Assembly (NCBI GenBank): GCA_054600435.1
Contig: BAAIJX010000003.1
Coordinates: forward strand, 1 to 64,000
Source: Neophaeotheca triangularis
Taxonomy: Eukaryota
Length of the DNA: 64,000 nucleotides
Reading direction: 5' to 3'
Positions 45,841-56,716 of this stretch are shown here, piece after piece (position 1 is the stretch's first letter; the number at the start of each line of letters is the position of its first letter). A program made the translations under genes and the position numbers. The notes beneath the pieces are model-generated. The model did no database searches. It was given only the letters and a program-made list of their open reading frames with translations, and was not told where the DNA came from.

Positions 45841-47904
45841 ATGCCAGAGGTTCAATCTCCAGGCAATTCTTCGTCTACCAACAGTCAAGCCATAGTATAC
45901 GACATGCTATCCATTCACGACCGCTTCAGCCAAGGCAGCCACTCCAAACAGTACGACCAACCCCATCTTGTTAAGAACGCAACACCCCCAATGCATCATC
46001 CTGTCTCCCATTCCGCACCCTACCTATCCTATTTCATCTCCCGCACCAACGGCCCCCTCGTGCCTCTCATTCCAGCCGACGAGCTGCCCTTCAATGTTCG
46101 CCTCCAAGGTGTGCCGCGTGTCTTGACTTTCGATCAGACCTACGGCATGCAGCATGTCGGTACTGCACCCTACACCGGACAGGTCTTCAAGCAAGATCCT
46201 CAGTCGACCACGCATCCTTCCATCAGTCAACCCGGCAGCAGCGCGACTCCCGAGCATTCCCTAGAGGCAGGCTACTCCACTCCGTACTCTCATCATCGCG
46301 GCGCCAGTGGGGAAAACCACAGACCATTCACGGCCCCCGATGCTCTCGTACGCAAGGCTCTAGGTCACCCGAGCTCTCCAACCCCAGCTTTCCGCCATGT
46401 CTTGCCCGAGCGTCCCACGACGGAAAGTGCATCTTCCGCAGCCACCTCCTGGCGCCGTCCGGCAAGCGAACCCGTCGACAAAACTCAAGCCGTCATCGAC
46501 GCCATCCTCGAATCTGATCCCGCCGCGGCAGCTCGCACTGGCTATGTCCCCAAGGGAGCTCCACCGCCATCCGGCAAAATCCCCGACTCCGACAAGAAAG
46601 AGTACTGCACCTACTGGATGCGTACCGGCGAATGCGACTACATCCAACAAGGCTGCTTGTACAAGCATGAGATGCCGGACAGGGAGATGTTGGCGAAACT
46701 TGGTTTCCGAACTGTGCCGCGCTGGTGGCAGGAGAGAAACGCCATCAAGATGCCGGATGCTAAGCCTATGCTTGTTGGGGATGGGAAAAAGCCGCATGAA
46801 TGGTTGAAGGCCAGGGAGACTACTGGCGGCAAAGGCACGTTCAAGGACTCCGACTCTGGCTCTGACTCGGACAGCAGTGTTGAGTCGGGCAAGGGTAAGG
46901 TCACGACTATGCAAAAGCCGACTATTCTCAAACGCCCCATTCCAGCTGTCAAGTCGCAGCCCGTGGATAGCATCACCACCACCAAGAAAAAAGAGTCTGC
47001 TACCGAGAAAGTCACCTCCTCGGAAGACCGCAAAGCTTCCATCGCCAACAGCGATCTCATCGACTTCCAACCTCTTCTTCCAACTCCGCCTTCGTCAGCT
47101 ACTTCGGTCTCTCCCCCACCCTCTACGACCTCCTCCGGAAGCAAGAAAACGAATACGCCTACTTCAGATGCAAAAGATACTTCACCTAGCAGCAGCGGCG
47201 CAAAGTCCAGCAAAAAGTCCAAGATCTTCGTTCCCGCTGGCGAGTCACCAGACCACCACATTGCCGACCACCACAGTCGCAAACGCGTGCCGCGAGCCAG
47301 CCCCAACGTCAACCCCAGCTCGCATTCGACCAACCACACCAGCCAATACACTCACCAGCAACAGCAGGCTCACAACCCACCCTACCACCAGCAAACCCAC
47401 CAGCAAGTTTCCACACACTCTGCAAACCCGAACAATCCAAACCCCAACAACCTCAACAAACAACCCCAGGCCCCCGAACCCCTTCGCAAACAACCTCAAC
47501 CCCAGCAACCCTACCTCCGCGTTCCCCGCAGACAGCCCCCAGGTCTCGAAGCCTCAAAGTTCGCTCCGAGCAACTTCCACCACCAGAAAATTTCCGGGGA
47601 AACCTTCAGCCCGCGCTCCTCCATTTCCTCCACCGTCGCCAACGTAGGCGGTTACGCCGGCGGCAACAAGACCGTGCACACTGGCGACGATAACGGTCAT
47701 GGCGCTATGGATGCTGGGAAGACGAGAGCGGCGGGTGCTCATCAGCATCAGCAAGCCACGAAGGGGAAAGTCGGCGGCAGCGTCGCGGGTTCCGAGAGGG
47801 ACAGGGGGAAAGGTGCTACGAGGACCAGAAGGGCGGCTGTGGTTTCGATCCCCGCTGGGGCTGTGGGTGTGGGCGCGAGCCAGAGCGGGAAGAAGGAGGG
47901 TTGA
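45841..47904 (+). CDS. CCCH zinc-finger protein with low-complexity tail
   Basis: YCTYWMRTGECDYIQQGCLYKHEMP; N-terminal YFISR.NG.LVPLIPADELP; start uncertain (45712/45841/45991). Confidence 0.8.
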   Translation: MPEVQSPGNSSSTNSQAIVYDMLSIHDRFSQGSHSKQYDQPHLVKNATPPMHHPVSHSAPYLSYFISRTNGPLVPLIPADELPFNVRLQGVPRVLTFDQTYGMQHVGTAPYTGQVFKQDPQSTTHPSISQPGSSATPEHSLEAGYSTPYSHHRGASGENHRPFTAPDALVRKALGHPSSPTPAFRHVLPERPTTESASSAATSWRRPASEPVDKTQAVIDAILESDPAAAARTGYVPKGAPPPSGKIPDSDKKEYCTYWMRTGECDYIQQGCLYKHEMPDREMLAKLGFRTVPRWWQERNAIKMPDAKPMLVGDGKKPHEWLKARETTGGKGTFKDSDSGSDSDSSVESGKGKVTTMQKPTILKRPIPAVKSQPVDSITTTKKKESATEKVTSSEDRKASIANSDLIDFQPLLPTPPSSATSVSPPPSTTSSGSKKTNTPTSDAKDTSPSSSGAKSSKKSKIFVPAGESPDHHIADHHSRKRVPRASPNVNPSSHSTNHTSQYTHQQQQAHNPPYHQQTHQQVSTHSANPNNPNPNNLNKQPQAPEPLRKQPQPQQPYLRVPRRQPPGLEASKFAPSNFHHQKISGETFSPRSSISSTVANVGGYAGGNKTVHTGDDNGHGAMDAGKTRAAGAHQHQQATKGKVGGSVAGSERDRGKGATRTRRAAVVSIPAGAVGVGASQSGKKEG

Positions 47905-48381
47905 AGGGGTAATAGGGGTTTGAGAGATGAGGTGCGGGGTGGCGGGAAGGGAGTCTGTAACAACAAGTCCGGCTTGTGATGAGCGAGCGACTGGGCTGGA
48001 TGGAACTGTGGGTCTTTCTCGAAGACGTTGTGGTGCTTCCCCTTTTCCACATGCTAGGTTTCGACTTGGTTGGAGAAGGCTTGTGCTTGTGACAGATGAG
48101 CGCTGGTGCTAGTTTTCTGGCACGCTTCTTTCCGAGTGTTTCTCTCTCGGGTCATAAACTAGCATAGAATAGCGGTATCACTTTGACATGGACTTCGATC
48201 TCTCATCTCAAGCCGCAATCCGCAAACTACCCAGTGCCTCTGAAGAAAGCAACTCGACAAAAGCTACATTCTTGCCACCTCCAACGAGTGTCATCATTCA
48301 TTACCTTATCAAAACAACACAGCATCCCCCCGTCAAGTCGACGACCCAGCCACAACACAAGCCCTGCCCATCGCTCCCACC

Positions 48382-50784
48382 TCAAAGAATCCTAAACTCC
48401 CCACTAACCCCCTCAAACCCGGTCAACCCCCCACCAATCCCCTTAGCATCCCCAAAGTACCTCAAACGATACAACCCTTTCAAGTCCGGCTCCTGCCTCT
48501 TCCCAGCCCGCAGATCCGTCTTCCCTTCACCCCTACCCTCCCCACCCACCTTCAATCCCGGTGTCCCATCCCTCCATCCTCCAGTCTCCCACCCTACCTC
48601 CCACGCGACTCGAACCTCACTAGTCCCCACAACAGTGCTCGTCCGCGTCCACTCGAAAACTAGACTCCAATCCCCATCGTCTCTAATAGTTTTCCAGACC
48701 TTGACGACCGGGTCGAAGAACTCGACAGCCGCGTAGGTAGCCCCTAGTCGAAGATTATTCCTCGGATTTGCGGCGACAAAAACCGCTTCGATAGTCTCTC
48801 CAACTTGATAGCTGGGGCGGACGTCTTGCTTGACTTGCCCGAAAGATTTAAAAATGGGAGGACGGTCGAAGGCGATGGGCGGGAGGAAGGAGTAGGAGGT
48901 ATTTGTCTGGATCGGGGGGAAGGGTTGGTGGGAGTGGGGTGGGAGATCGGGAGGGTGGGTTGAGAGATAGGGCAGGAGTGAGAGGGATTGGTTTATGTGT
49001 GCTGCAAGGGTATGCGGGCCGTAGAGCGTGCTGGCGCCTTCGTAGCGTTGGATACCGTATTCGTGAGAGGTAGCGATATAGTGGGCATAGGTGTTTGCGG
49101 GGCCGCCTAGGAGAACGATGGGGGTTTGGGAACTTCCTCGGTTTTGGGTGGAGGAGAATTCAGGAAGTGTGACTACAGCGGCGTCGTGTAGGGCTTCTCG
49201 CCAGCGTCGGCCGGACATTGTTGTTGCTTCGCCTGGAGAGATGATTATGAATAAAGGTCCTACGCGTAAGGTCTGCACGTCGACGATGTTGGGGGACCAG
49301 GCGTAGGGGCTGTCGCTTTCGCCTACATCCAGGAGGATGGCTTTGTCACCATGACATGCGCGTTGGGTGTCGTTTGGCGTCGCTATACGATTACCGACGA
49401 GACTCCAGAGAGGGTTGGCGTGCGGGTCTCCTGGCTGCGCTTGTTTGAAATCAAAAGCCCCAGGTCCGTCAGTGGTGCCAGCGGCGAAACTATAGCCCAA
49501 GGCTGCTGGGCAAGTATGAGCGAGGGTGCCGTTGGCGAGTGTGAAGTTGAGATTGCTGAAGTCGGCGAAGCGGTGAACGCTCTTGACCGTGCTGTCCCAT
49601 AGACTCGTGAAGGCTGTATCGTTGAGGAACAACTCGTGAGCTGCGTCGAATTGGCGTCGTCCGATTTCAAAGGCGGAGGCGGTGCCAACGTCGTCGCGGC
49701 CGTAGTAGGGTCCCCTTCCATGACAAGGTTGGGTTTTGTTCCCGCAGAGGCTGGTTTTGAAGTCACAAGTCTCGCCTGCATGGGGACCGTACTCGCAGTA
49801 GGCGCCGAGGACGTTGGGTGAAGTATCGCCTACGTTTGCCTGGCTGAAACCTGCTATGAATGAAGGATTGTTCATCTGGCTCGATTCGAAGAGCTTGGCA
49901 GCTACTCCCTTGTTGTCGCCAGTCACGAGAGTGTTGTTGCCGAGCATGCTCGTGCCGTGAACGGGGAACCACGTCAAGATGCCGATATCTTTCGAACCCC
50001 CTTTATGGCGATGAGCGAAGCGCAGCATGGTCAAGGTCTTGTCTACATTGTGTTTGTATCGTTGACGTTCTTCTTCAGGGTTGGCCAGGTAGGCATAGGG
50101 ACTGCGATTGATATTGGCGTCTAGAATGTCAATGCTACCCACGCTAAGCTCGCCAGGTGCAAGACCTTGGTGGGCTTGCTTGATCGATGCTACTGCTCCG
50201 TCAACGATGGCCCGATATGATTGCTTGCTGAAACCTCTACTGGTGATCTGCGGCAAGAGATAGTTCAACCAAGCGCCAGGTCCAGAATGAGAATGTGTGC
50301 CCGTAACCGCAACATTCTGTTGCCCGTATACCGCGTACTCGCCTCCCATATTTGACAATGCCTCGAGAATGCCATGCCTCACAGCCGTATCGCCCGATTG
50401 CGTGTCCAGAACCAAGTATACCCATCGATCCTTGGGCTTCTCAGAGCTGGCCACAACGAAAGCCCTCGAGTACAGCCTTTGTCTCACGCCACTGCCCAAC
50501 TGCGCAGGATCCGCATAGCCCATAAAGTTGACTTCGACAACGGGGCCAGTGATGTCCGCCTTGCCCACGCCGACAAGATAAGACGAGGCATCGTTGCTGG
50601 CAATTGCCCCGAGCTTGTCGTTCTCGATTGGCGAGTTGATGTGTACCGTCTCTTCATAGTTGATACCATCCTTTCCATGCCATTGTAGTAAGATCTCGAA
50701 GCCCAGCAGGTAAGCTAGAGGGAGGAGTGAGATGAGGACCAAGACGCTGCCCGTCACGGCGAGAAGGTGTGCTGTACGAGCCAT
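48382..50784 (-). CDS. Neutral/alkaline non-lysosomal ceramidase
   Basis: N-terminal TM; GVGKADITGP, GTHSHSGPG, WFPVHGTS, GDNKG, GDTSPN, PGEATTMSGRRW, QRYEGASTLYGP. Confidence 0.95.
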   Translation of the reverse strand: MARTAHLLAVTGSVLVLISLLPLAYLLGFEILLQWHGKDGINYEETVHINSPIENDKLGAIASNDASSYLVGVGKADITGPVVEVNFMGYADPAQLGSGVRQRLYSRAFVVASSEKPKDRWVYLVLDTQSGDTAVRHGILEALSNMGGEYAVYGQQNVAVTGTHSHSGPGAWLNYLLPQITSRGFSKQSYRAIVDGAVASIKQAHQGLAPGELSVGSIDILDANINRSPYAYLANPEEERQRYKHNVDKTLTMLRFAHRHKGGSKDIGILTWFPVHGTSMLGNNTLVTGDNKGVAAKLFESSQMNNPSFIAGFSQANVGDTSPNVLGAYCEYGPHAGETCDFKTSLCGNKTQPCHGRGPYYGRDDVGTASAFEIGRRQFDAAHELFLNDTAFTSLWDSTVKSVHRFADFSNLNFTLANGTLAHTCPAALGYSFAAGTTDGPGAFDFKQAQPGDPHANPLWSLVGNRIATPNDTQRACHGDKAILLDVGESDSPYAWSPNIVDVQTLRVGPLFIIISPGEATTMSGRRWREALHDAAVVTLPEFSSTQNRGSSQTPIVLLGGPANTYAHYIATSHEYGIQRYEGASTLYGPHTLAAHINQSLSLLPYLSTHPPDLPPHSHQPFPPIQTNTSYSFLPPIAFDRPPIFKSFGQVKQDVRPSYQVGETIEAVFVAANPRNNLRLGATYAAVEFFDPVVKVWKTIRDDGDWSLVFEWTRTSTVVGTSEVRVAWEVGWETGGWRDGTPGLKVGGEGRGEGKTDLRAGKRQEPDLKGLYRLRYFGDAKGIGGGLTGFEGVSGEFRIL

Positions 50785-51079
50785 TCTCGGAGTAAAACTT
50801 CAATGTTAGGTTGACTCATTGAACTTTCTTCATTCCCTAACGAAATGGAAGGTCTACGCTGGGAGCCGAAGGGTTCCAAGGTTCCCGTCCGCTGCTGCCT
50901 TGACGATATGATGTCGTCGATGCTGATGTTGGCCTGAGGCTCCATCGAGAAGGCTTGATGAGTCAGCATTGAAGATTCGGCTCCCACTCCAGCGACCCCG
51001 ACATGCCCTGCTTCCTCTTTTGCGCCAAAGACCACACTACCACCCCCTCCACCTCTACGACTTTACCACAAACGTCACC

Positions 51080-51682
51080 ATGGCCGCCCACCTCCCTTAC
51101 ATTGACGCGCAGCCCGCAGCACCCGCCATTTCGGCCGCGCAAAACCTCGTCCTGGCCGAAGTCCACACCGACCACCAAACAACCACCCACCCCTCTCTTC
51201 CTGCAGCCTACGAACCCAACTTCACTCCAGCTCTGGCGGCAGAAATCGACCGACTCGCAAATGGCGAAGCGAAACCTCCCGGCATAGACATGACCCGCTA
51301 CGACTCGCTCGACGCACCCGAAAACGCCGACACCACAGCCTGGACAAGCGTTCTCCGCCAAGCTTATGCTTCCCGCGAGTACCTCCAGACATGGCAGACG
51401 AATCTCAGTTTGATGGAGGTCTACGGCAAGAATGCTTGGTTGATTGGCAACGATGCGCTGGAGCAGGAGTTGAGGGCGTTGGAGAGGGAGGTTGAGGCTG
51501 TGAAGATTGAGAGGGAGAGGCTGGAGCAGGAGCGGAGAACGGAGCAGGCTGGTGTACTGGAGGAGTTGAGAATTCTGGAAGATGGGTGGAGGCGAGGTAT
51601 AAGCAGGTTGATTGAGACACAGGTTGCAGGCGAGAGGCTGCGGTTGGAGGGTTTGAACAAAATGAGGATGGGGGCGAAGTGA
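51080..51682 (+). CDS. SPF27: Pre-mRNA splicing factor SPF27/BCAS2 (Prp19 complex)
   Basis: LPYID, GIDMTRY, NLSLMEVYGKNAWLIGN followed by a coiled coil. Confidence 0.85.
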   Translation: MAAHLPYIDAQPAAPAISAAQNLVLAEVHTDHQTTTHPSLPAAYEPNFTPALAAEIDRLANGEAKPPGIDMTRYDSLDAPENADTTAWTSVLRQAYASREYLQTWQTNLSLMEVYGKNAWLIGNDALEQELRALEREVEAVKIERERLEQERRTEQAGVLEELRILEDGWRRGISRLIETQVAGERLRLEGLNKMRMGAK

Positions 51683-52529
51683 AGCCTTAATAGATCATGG
51701 CATTATAAGGGGCCACGTGATCATGACCTCGGATGAGAATGACAACTTGCTGGATCCACACTGTACACGGAAACAGATTCTCGGCGACATGCAACGTACG
51801 AGCGCACTGGGCTTTGGACGGGATGCGCTATGATCGCTATCGTTGCGACACCTTTGCGGTAGCAGCTGTCCGAGCTGGGAAGGAGGACATGCTCCGCCCG
51901 GAGTCTGGACAATACCTGGGTATTTTTCACAATGACCCGAGTACGGCGAAATGAGTGTGAATTCTATTCGACAAAAGAACACTATCTGCATACGATAGCA
52001 CGGCAAGACTGCCACTTCTAACATGGCGGAGGCACAGCGCTCGAATAAGTGAGATGTGTGGTAGCCCGATGCTGGTGGACTCTAACACTATCGAATCTCC
52101 AACGGCAAAGTTTTGCTTAGAAACATCACGAAAACGAAAGCAGCGCCGATGGCTTCATTCACAATCATTGCCATGACATAATTCCGCTTGCAAGTTCATG
52201 CAATTTCCAGTGAGATTCAACGGTCCTGGAGTAAGCCCTTTTTATTCGCACACTCCCCTAAAAGTGCTTTGATCTTTTGCGGGCCCTTCCTACAGTATAA
52301 ACGTGTTATTTCACGTGCTGGCTACACCGGCCAGTTGGCACTCGTATAAAGTACAAGGCAGCAAGATGAACGCCACGTCACACAATCAGATGTCTTTCTT
52401 GCGGCTTCGAGTATATGTTGCTTTGGCTTGGGACCTTTGCCCGACTACATCAAGACAACAGCGAGAGAGCTTCTCGACCTCTCTTCGACACTTCTTTTGA
52501 CCTGATCAAGGGCACTACAATCAGAGACC

Positions 52530-54482
52530 ATGCCGGAACACATCTCGATAGCTCCTCCAAGTCGGGACACCCTTTACATCTATCCAAAAGACTTTGAGAA
52601 CGTCAACAGCATCTTTCAGGACTGGAAGCAACCCCAACCCAGCTCTCGCTTCTCAACCCCGAGTCCTCCGCCAGCAAAACCGAAGCTGAACTTCTTGCGC
52701 CGGCCTAAATTCTCCTTCAAGAAACTCTCAAAGAAGCGCAGCAAACCCCGCGCCCAAGATCCCCTTAGCCAACCCCTCAAAATTTCCGGTCCCATCAGCG
52801 GAAGTCTAGGTCAATACCTGGCTCCAGCTTTCCACGAACCCGTGGTTCCTTCACCCACTCATCCCATCCCTTCTCTTCCAAACCCAACCCTCAAACCCCG
52901 CGTCTTCCGCGAGTCCTTCTTTCCCCGAAAAAGCTCCTCCTTCCGTAGCAACACCAGCACGCGCCGCTCCTTCGCTGTCCCAAGCCAGCCGCCCAAAATC
53001 CGCGCCTTCCGCGAATCTTTCTTCCCGAGAAAAAGCTCCTATTTCCACAGCATCCCCAGCAAGCCCCGCTCCCCTACCCCGAAACCCAACTCCCACACCG
53101 ATCGCCCACGCCCCTCCCGTTTCCTCTCAGGCTTCCATCTAAGCCGCCACCCCTCGACCAAATCCAAATTCAAATCCAACCCCTCCCGCCAACCCCAACG
53201 TCCTCAAAGGCCACCCCAACTTTCCGAACCCCTGCCCTCGAATTGGCGGACTTCGGACCCCACGGAGGAGGGGAAGCCGAAGTTGAAGTTTAAAAGTCAG
53301 GGGGCTTACGGAAGGAATCTGATGCTTTCGTTGATCAATGATGTTAGGCTGCAGGTGAGCGAGGAGGCTGAGGGAGAGGCGAAGTTGGGGGTGTTGAGAT
53401 TGGATTCAGCTTTGGTTGGAAGATGTGTTGGGTTTGCTCGGAAGCTGGAGGGGAGTGGGCGAAGTGAGAGAGTTGGATCTGGGGGCTTGGAGCTTTTGAG
53501 GGATGAGGAAGAGTGCGACTTCGTGTCTGGTGAAAGAGGAGAGGTCGCAAGACTTGTGCCGAAGAACCCCTATACGCGGGCGGGGAGAAGGGGTACTGGA
53601 CCCACGAGCCAGTACTCTGAGATATCGGCGTCTTCGGAGTATACCGGAAGGACTTCAGCCATTTCGTCGACGCCCGTGGCTGACCAATTCCTAAGGGACA
53701 CTTTGTATACGAATCCAGCCCATACGATGGAACAGCCTGGGAAGCACATCTCGGGCGATTCCTCTAATTACGGGACCGAGACCGGCAACTTCGCAGGTCG
53801 AAGTGACCCTGCAAGCGTGGTGCTCTCACACTACCCTTCAAATCTCCCAAAAGAGTACTCGGTAGCCAGCCTAACCCCCGCGCCACTCTCTCTCCGCTCG
53901 TCAAAGCAGACCTCAACAGCCTCCGAAAGCCCGTACCTCCCAATCAACCCAGACTCAGACGCCACTACCCGAAGCCACTCTACCTCACTTTCAATCGGGC
54001 AACGTCAACGATCTGCCTTACAGCTCCCATCAGCCCCTTACCCAACCACTGCCCGGCTAATCTCCCCACCTTCCGTCTCCGCCCACGAAGCTGTTGAGTA
54101 CTGGTACAGCGGAAAGTTCACCGCGCACGACCAAATCAACCGCTCGCATAAATTGCCTAGTAGGCGAGTCGGTAGTGGCGCTTCCAGCACAAGTGGTGTG
54201 GGTGAGAGCGGGTACAGGGCGAACAATGGCGCTTTTGGGAGTGGAGGTGAGGAATTTTGTGAGTGTAAGAGGAGAGAGGATTGGGCTGTGTTGATTTTTG
54301 AGGGGTGGGAGGCTGTTGGGGTTGGGAGGACTGGCAGGGGGGAGTGGGTTGTTGAATTTGGGGGAAAGGGGGAGGAGGTGGTTACAGGTGGGGTGTGGGA
54401 AGGGGATGGGAAGAAGGATAGGGGGGCGAGTTTGCCTAGGAGTAGGAAATGGAGGCAGTTGGATGGGAAGGAGGGCATCTAA
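52530..54482 (+). CDS. Hypothetical protein, largely disordered, with possible split CAP/SCP-like domain
   Basis: 650-codon ORF; Pro/Ser-rich N-terminus with duplicated FRESFFPRKSS; CAP-like segments LSLINDVR...LRLDSAL and EAVEYWY...WEAVGVG...WVVEF. Confidence 0.6.
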   Translation: MPEHISIAPPSRDTLYIYPKDFENVNSIFQDWKQPQPSSRFSTPSPPPAKPKLNFLRRPKFSFKKLSKKRSKPRAQDPLSQPLKISGPISGSLGQYLAPAFHEPVVPSPTHPIPSLPNPTLKPRVFRESFFPRKSSSFRSNTSTRRSFAVPSQPPKIRAFRESFFPRKSSYFHSIPSKPRSPTPKPNSHTDRPRPSRFLSGFHLSRHPSTKSKFKSNPSRQPQRPQRPPQLSEPLPSNWRTSDPTEEGKPKLKFKSQGAYGRNLMLSLINDVRLQVSEEAEGEAKLGVLRLDSALVGRCVGFARKLEGSGRSERVGSGGLELLRDEEECDFVSGERGEVARLVPKNPYTRAGRRGTGPTSQYSEISASSEYTGRTSAISSTPVADQFLRDTLYTNPAHTMEQPGKHISGDSSNYGTETGNFAGRSDPASVVLSHYPSNLPKEYSVASLTPAPLSLRSSKQTSTASESPYLPINPDSDATTRSHSTSLSIGQRQRSALQLPSAPYPTTARLISPPSVSAHEAVEYWYSGKFTAHDQINRSHKLPSRRVGSGASSTSGVGESGYRANNGAFGSGGEEFCECKRREDWAVLIFEGWEAVGVGRTGRGEWVVEFGGKGEEVVTGGVWEGDGKKDRGASLPRSRKWRQLDGKEGI

Positions 54483-55090
54483 GGTGGAGGACCTTCTTGA
54501 GGATCAGGGTTCGATAGACAAAGGATGAACGCCGTGGCGTTAGCGGACATAAGCTTAGCCGGGATGATGTGCTTGTTGGGGCTTCTTTTGGTACTGAAAC
54601 TTTAGATTTTATTTGGCTCGGTCTGGAGAGATGGATTTCTTGATAGTAGGAGAAGGATGTCATGAGCGGAGAGTGAAGAGGGAATACGTTTCTGCTTCTC
54701 ATGTGACAAATTGGGCTTCCACAGTCTGCCTCGTGGGTAAAAATGCCTTAGCAATATTCTATCCTTTCATCAAGTCCAGATTTGTGACGCTCCGGTCAGA
54801 TTGACACGATAGACATTCGGTCTTGTCCACGTCGAATTTTCCACTTTCGATTTCAAATCGATAATGCCTTCCTCTACGTACCAATGGTCTTGGCGGCTGA
54901 CGGAGAGAACGTTCAACAAGCTGAAGAGAGAGACTGTGTAACTTATATCCATGAATAGCTTCATCGTCTACAAGCCTCCAAGTCGACAGTAACTTTGTGG
55001 TGACCTCTAGACCTCAGCTTCCCAAGGCCCTCGCGTTGAGCTTCCTCATCGAAACATACCAGGCCGGACGATCGTGATAAAGCAGCTGCT

Positions 55091-56038
55091 ATGGCCATCG
55101 CAGCATCGGCCGCAAAACAGTACGAAGATGTTGCACAAGTTTCTGACACCTGCACCCTTCCAGACGGTCGTAAGTTGGGCTTCGCTCACTACGGCAACAA
55201 AGACGAACCTCAACTCTTCTACCTGCACCGCTTACCCGGATCTCGTTTCGAAGGCAAAGCTTTCTATGAGAAACATCTGGACAAATACAATGCCGGACTG
55301 ATCTGTGTCGAGCGACCTGGCATTGGTCTGAGCTCGCCACACCCTGGGCCAACAGCTTGCGACCACACCCGAGACGTGCTATACCTGGCGACTCACCTGA
55401 GTCTGAACGAGTGGCGAGTCATCGGCATCAGTGGCGGCGCACCATACGCACTTGCCTGCGCTCTCATTCACCCATCTGATCGCTTGCGAGGAGTGACAAT
55501 TTGCTCCGGCAGTGGACCATACCACTTTGGCTACCATGGAATGGCGTTCGGCACCAAAGCCATGCTGCTGGTCTTTCGTTTCGCCCCTTAGCTCCATCAC
55601 ATCTTCCCTCGGCCAATATTCGCACTGCAGAGGATGGTCTCGGACGAAACGGCCGTGGGAATGATGCAGAAACAATTCGCCAAGCCTAGCAGAATGCTAC
55701 AAATCCAACCGGCAGACGTAGAAGCGTTCAAAGACCTCGATCTCCTGGTGGCTTTCAATGCTTCCACAAAAGAGCACTTCCGCCAGGGCTTTTGCGGTTA
55801 CATGCAGGATGGGAAATGCATTGCCAACGACTGGGATTTCGAGCTAGAGGATATCACGTTCCGTCGCATACATATCTGGCATGGCACGCAGGATCTCAAT
55901 TGTCCGTTGCACATGGCGGAGAAGCTTGCAGACGTATTAGGGGATGGTGCTCGGTTGAACGTTGTTGATGGGACGCATATGAGTACTACGGTTGATTGCG
56001 CTGAAGGAGTGTTGAGAGACTTGTTGAAGAGTGATTAG
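55091..56038 (+). pseudogene. Alpha/beta hydrolase interrupted by one in-frame TAG (55589-55591)
   Basis: LPDGRKLG, ERPGIGLS, GISGG nucleophile elbow, WHGTQDLNCP, GTH; ORFs 55091 and 55634 are in the same frame. Confidence 0.75.
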
Positions 56039-56716
56039 GAGAGGTTGCAGCGGACTGGTATGGGAAGGCTACCATTTCGTTCTTCTTACACGAGATTCGT
56101 TAATCTTTCACTGTCCGAGGGTCAGGGATTCATTAGCTAGAAGCCCGCAATTTAACTGCCAACGACATGGGATCATGGACGTAGCGTGAAGGCAAATGTG
56201 TACCTGGCGTAGACCAAAAGTTCGGCCCAGGACACCTAGTTCTATGCCCCTTTATCACAATGCAGGTGGCGTCTGGTATGAAAGGGGAAGCTCTTAAAAA
56301 GGCTTAGATGTCAGAAAGCAATACTGACTTTTTGATCTACTACGAGTAAAGCAAATCGACTCGTCCGCTAGCGGTCCTCGACGGGACAATACTTCCCTAC
56401 AAGGATTTTTCTATAATCTCAAATGAAGGTGAGGATCTTCAGCAAATGTACCTTAGTGATGTAGATTGAATATAAGAAACGAAAGTCGAGGAGCGCCTGG
56501 GCAGATACGGGGACCTTAAGTTCGAGTCTGGCTGACTCAGCCTTCGAGGATTCCACTTCACTTCGACAAGAGACTCACTCCCTGCATATATGACAAGATA
56601 TAGAGTATCCGCCCGAGTCGCCCGTGACCTCGAAGACTGCCTGTCTTCTACAATACCGCAAGAAAAGTGTTTGCGCCATCCCAGATTTACAGGAACCCCC
56701 TGCACATCTGCTCGTC

